From NCBI GenBank assembly GCA_963666345.1, contig OY762721.1, positions 1,088,001 through 1,152,000 on the forward strand: a stretch of DNA of 64,000 nt. Direction: 5' to 3'. Positions 62,183 to 64,000 of this stretch are shown piece after piece. The DNA is from Desulfatiglandales bacterium (GTDB lineage Bacteria; Desulfobacterota; DSM-4660; Desulfatiglandales; Desulfatiglandaceae). Numbering within the stretch: position 1 is the stretch's first letter; each line of letters begins with the position of its first letter. Position numbers and translations under genes: made by a program. Below the pieces are notes generated by a model. The model was not told where the DNA came from, searched no databases, and saw only the letters and a program-made list of their open reading frames with translations.

Positions 62183-63136
62183 TCAGCTCCTAAACCATCT
62201 CTTTATAATTCCAGGTATGCCGACAAGTCCTTTTGGCAAGAATATGGTGACTAAAAGGAGGATGGCCCCGTACACCACAATCTCAAATTCCTCAAAAAAA
62301 TGTAGCCACTCATAGCTTAAAAATGTAATCAACCCAGCACCTATTATGGCGCCCCAAAGTTCATACATCCCTCCCAATGTAATCATTATGATAAGTTTAA
62401 TTGAAAAGGAGACGTCAAAGGTAGATGGGTTAACAAAGTTGAGGTAATGCGCGAATAAACTTCCCGCAAGAGAGGCCAGCATGGCCCCATATATAAAAAC
62501 AATTACTTTGAACCTTAATACATTTATGCCCATGGCACTAGCAGCTGCTTCACTGGAGTGGATAGCACGAAGAGCACGGCCCGTGCCTGACAGAACGACA
62601 TTTACAGAAAAAATAAAAGCCGCGAAAACAAAAGCCCAAACGAGGTAATAGTATTTTTCAGTGGTATCAAATTCAAATCCGAAAAGGCTGAGCATCGGAA
62701 TCCCGGTCATACCATCGGGACCGCCTGTTAAATCGACTTCTTGATTTAGAATTACGGAAACAATTATCCCGAATGCCATGGTAGCCATTGCAAGATAATG
62801 CCCTCTTAGCTTGAGGGAAGCCGGGCCTACCAATAGGGCCACAAGTCCTGAGAATATCATACCTATAGCCATGCAGAGCCATGAATTCAATCCATATCTT
62901 GCAGTAAGGATCCCTGAAACGTAGGCACCGATACCATAAAATGCCGCTTGACAAAGTGATATCTGGCCAGTGTAACCCAATAGCAAACTGAGACCGATGG
63001 TGATCAGGCTATAGATACCTGCGAATACCATCACGTCAGGATAGTGGGTAATGGCGGGAATGTGTTCAGCTATCCAGGGGAAACCTATTATGATGACAAA
63101 AAAAATTGCGATTGCCCGTTTTCGGATATGTAACAT
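62183..63136 (-). CDS. LivM-like ABC transporter permease
   Basis: GYTGQISL.QAAF.GIGAY, LRGHYLAMAT.AFG, TGGPDG, GRALRAI. Confidence 0.92.
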   Translation of the reverse strand: MLHIRKRAIAIFFVIIIGFPWIAEHIPAITHYPDVMVFAGIYSLITIGLSLLLGYTGQISLCQAAFYGIGAYVSGILTARYGLNSWLCMAIGMIFSGLVALLVGPASLKLRGHYLAMATMAFGIIVSVILNQEVDLTGGPDGMTGIPMLSLFGFEFDTTEKYYYLVWAFVFAAFIFSVNVVLSGTGRALRAIHSSEAAASAMGINVLRFKVIVFIYGAMLASLAGSLFAHYLNFVNPSTFDVSFSIKLIIMITLGGMYELWGAIIGAGLITFLSYEWLHFFEEFEIVVYGAILLLVTIFLPKGLVGIPGIIKRWFRS

Positions 63137-63138
63137 AC

Positions 63139-64000
63139 CTAAAACCTTTTCATTTTACTAATTTCTACGTTGCCTAAAAGCCCGCTAGGTTTAAAGAAGA
63201 GCACTCCCAGAATTACTATTAAGGCAAAAGCATCTTTATATGCTGAGGATATTAAACCTGAACCGAATGATTCAATAGACCCCAGGATCAATCCACCAAT
63301 GATAGCACCAGGAAAACTGCCAAGACCTCCCAGCATTGCTGCGCCAAATGCCTTAATTGCCAACTCCGCTCCCCTGTCATATTCCATGAAGGTTATAGGG
63401 GTTACAATGATGCCAGCTATTGCACCGATAGACGCGGAAAGCGCAAAAGATAATGAAAACATTAGCTTAACATTGATACCAACTAGACTTGCTGCATCCG
63501 GGTTATCCGCGCATGCGCTCATAGCCTTGCCGAGGATGGTTTTTCCAAAAAATATGGTCAGGGATATTGCAACCAGAACCAGAAAGCCCATAACCCAGAA
63601 ATATTGGGGTTGGATTACAGCACCAAAAAACTGAATGGGGTTGCGACCTGATAAAGCAGGAAGATCAAAAGGATCTTTACCCCAAATAAGCATGGCTGCT
63701 CCCTTTAGCAGGAAAGAAAAGGCCAAAGTAGCTATGATAAGTGTAAGTACCGAGGGCTGCTTGATCGGCCTAATTGCAAGTCGATCAAGTAGGATTCCCA
63801 CCAGGGTTACAAGGAGGACAGTTGCGGGGAAGGCTATAATAAGAGGCAGTCCAGCTGCAGTGTGAAAAGAAACCATGGCCAGCCCTCCCAGCATGACAAA
63901 CTCACCCTGCGCAAAGTTTATGACCTCAGTAACATTGTAAATAATACTGAAGCCTACTGCTACCATTGCATATATGCTGCCTACAGTGAGCCCGGTTATT
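63139..64000 (-). CDS. LivH-like ABC transporter permease (5' end beyond the window)
   Basis: Frame open to the window end (ITGLTVGSIYAMVAVG), INFAQGE, LGGLGS..GA, KPSGL. Confidence 0.92.
   Translation of the reverse strand, partial: ITGLTVGSIYAMVAVGFSIIYNVTEVINFAQGEFVMLGGLAMVSFHTAAGLPLIIAFPATVLLVTLVGILLDRLAIRPIKQPSVLTLIIATLAFSFLLKGAAMLIWGKDPFDLPALSGRNPIQFFGAVIQPQYFWVMGFLVLVAISLTIFFGKTILGKAMSACADNPDAASLVGINVKLMFSLSFALSASIGAIAGIIVTPITFMEYDRGAELAIKAFGAAMLGGLGSFPGAIIGGLILGSIESFGSGLISSAYKDAFALIVILGVLFFKPSGLLGNVEISKMKRF

Overview
This is a 64 kb chromosomal window from an anaerobic deltaproteobacterium; Desulfobacterota-like affiliation is inferred from gene content. From left to right it contains: (1) a sigma54-driven operon combining an 11-heme cytochrome c/NarI-type membrane fusion, GlcD/GlcF-like and HdrD-like oxidoreductases, a GcvH/LbpA-like lipoyl carrier and its own lipoate assembly genes; (2) a GntR-controlled B12 acyl-CoA mutase/CoA-ligase/SDR operon with an atypical specificity signature; (3) fusA and a beta-oxidation operon; (4) housekeeping genes (panB, two pilT-family genes, tRNA-Pro, pyrE, pyrG, der, nadE) interspersed with several structured intergenic repeat families; (5) a nitrogen cluster (amtB-glnB-glnD and glnK-amtB) with a 5' remnant of a class IIC group II intron; (6) an AT-richer block with a Liv-type ABC transporter, a PAS sigma54 activator and a MerB-like gene that the ORF track splits. 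In that MerB-like gene both catalytic Cys positions are in-frame TGA codons, making it a probable two-selenocysteine protein. All calls come from motif recognition by eye; no searches were run.
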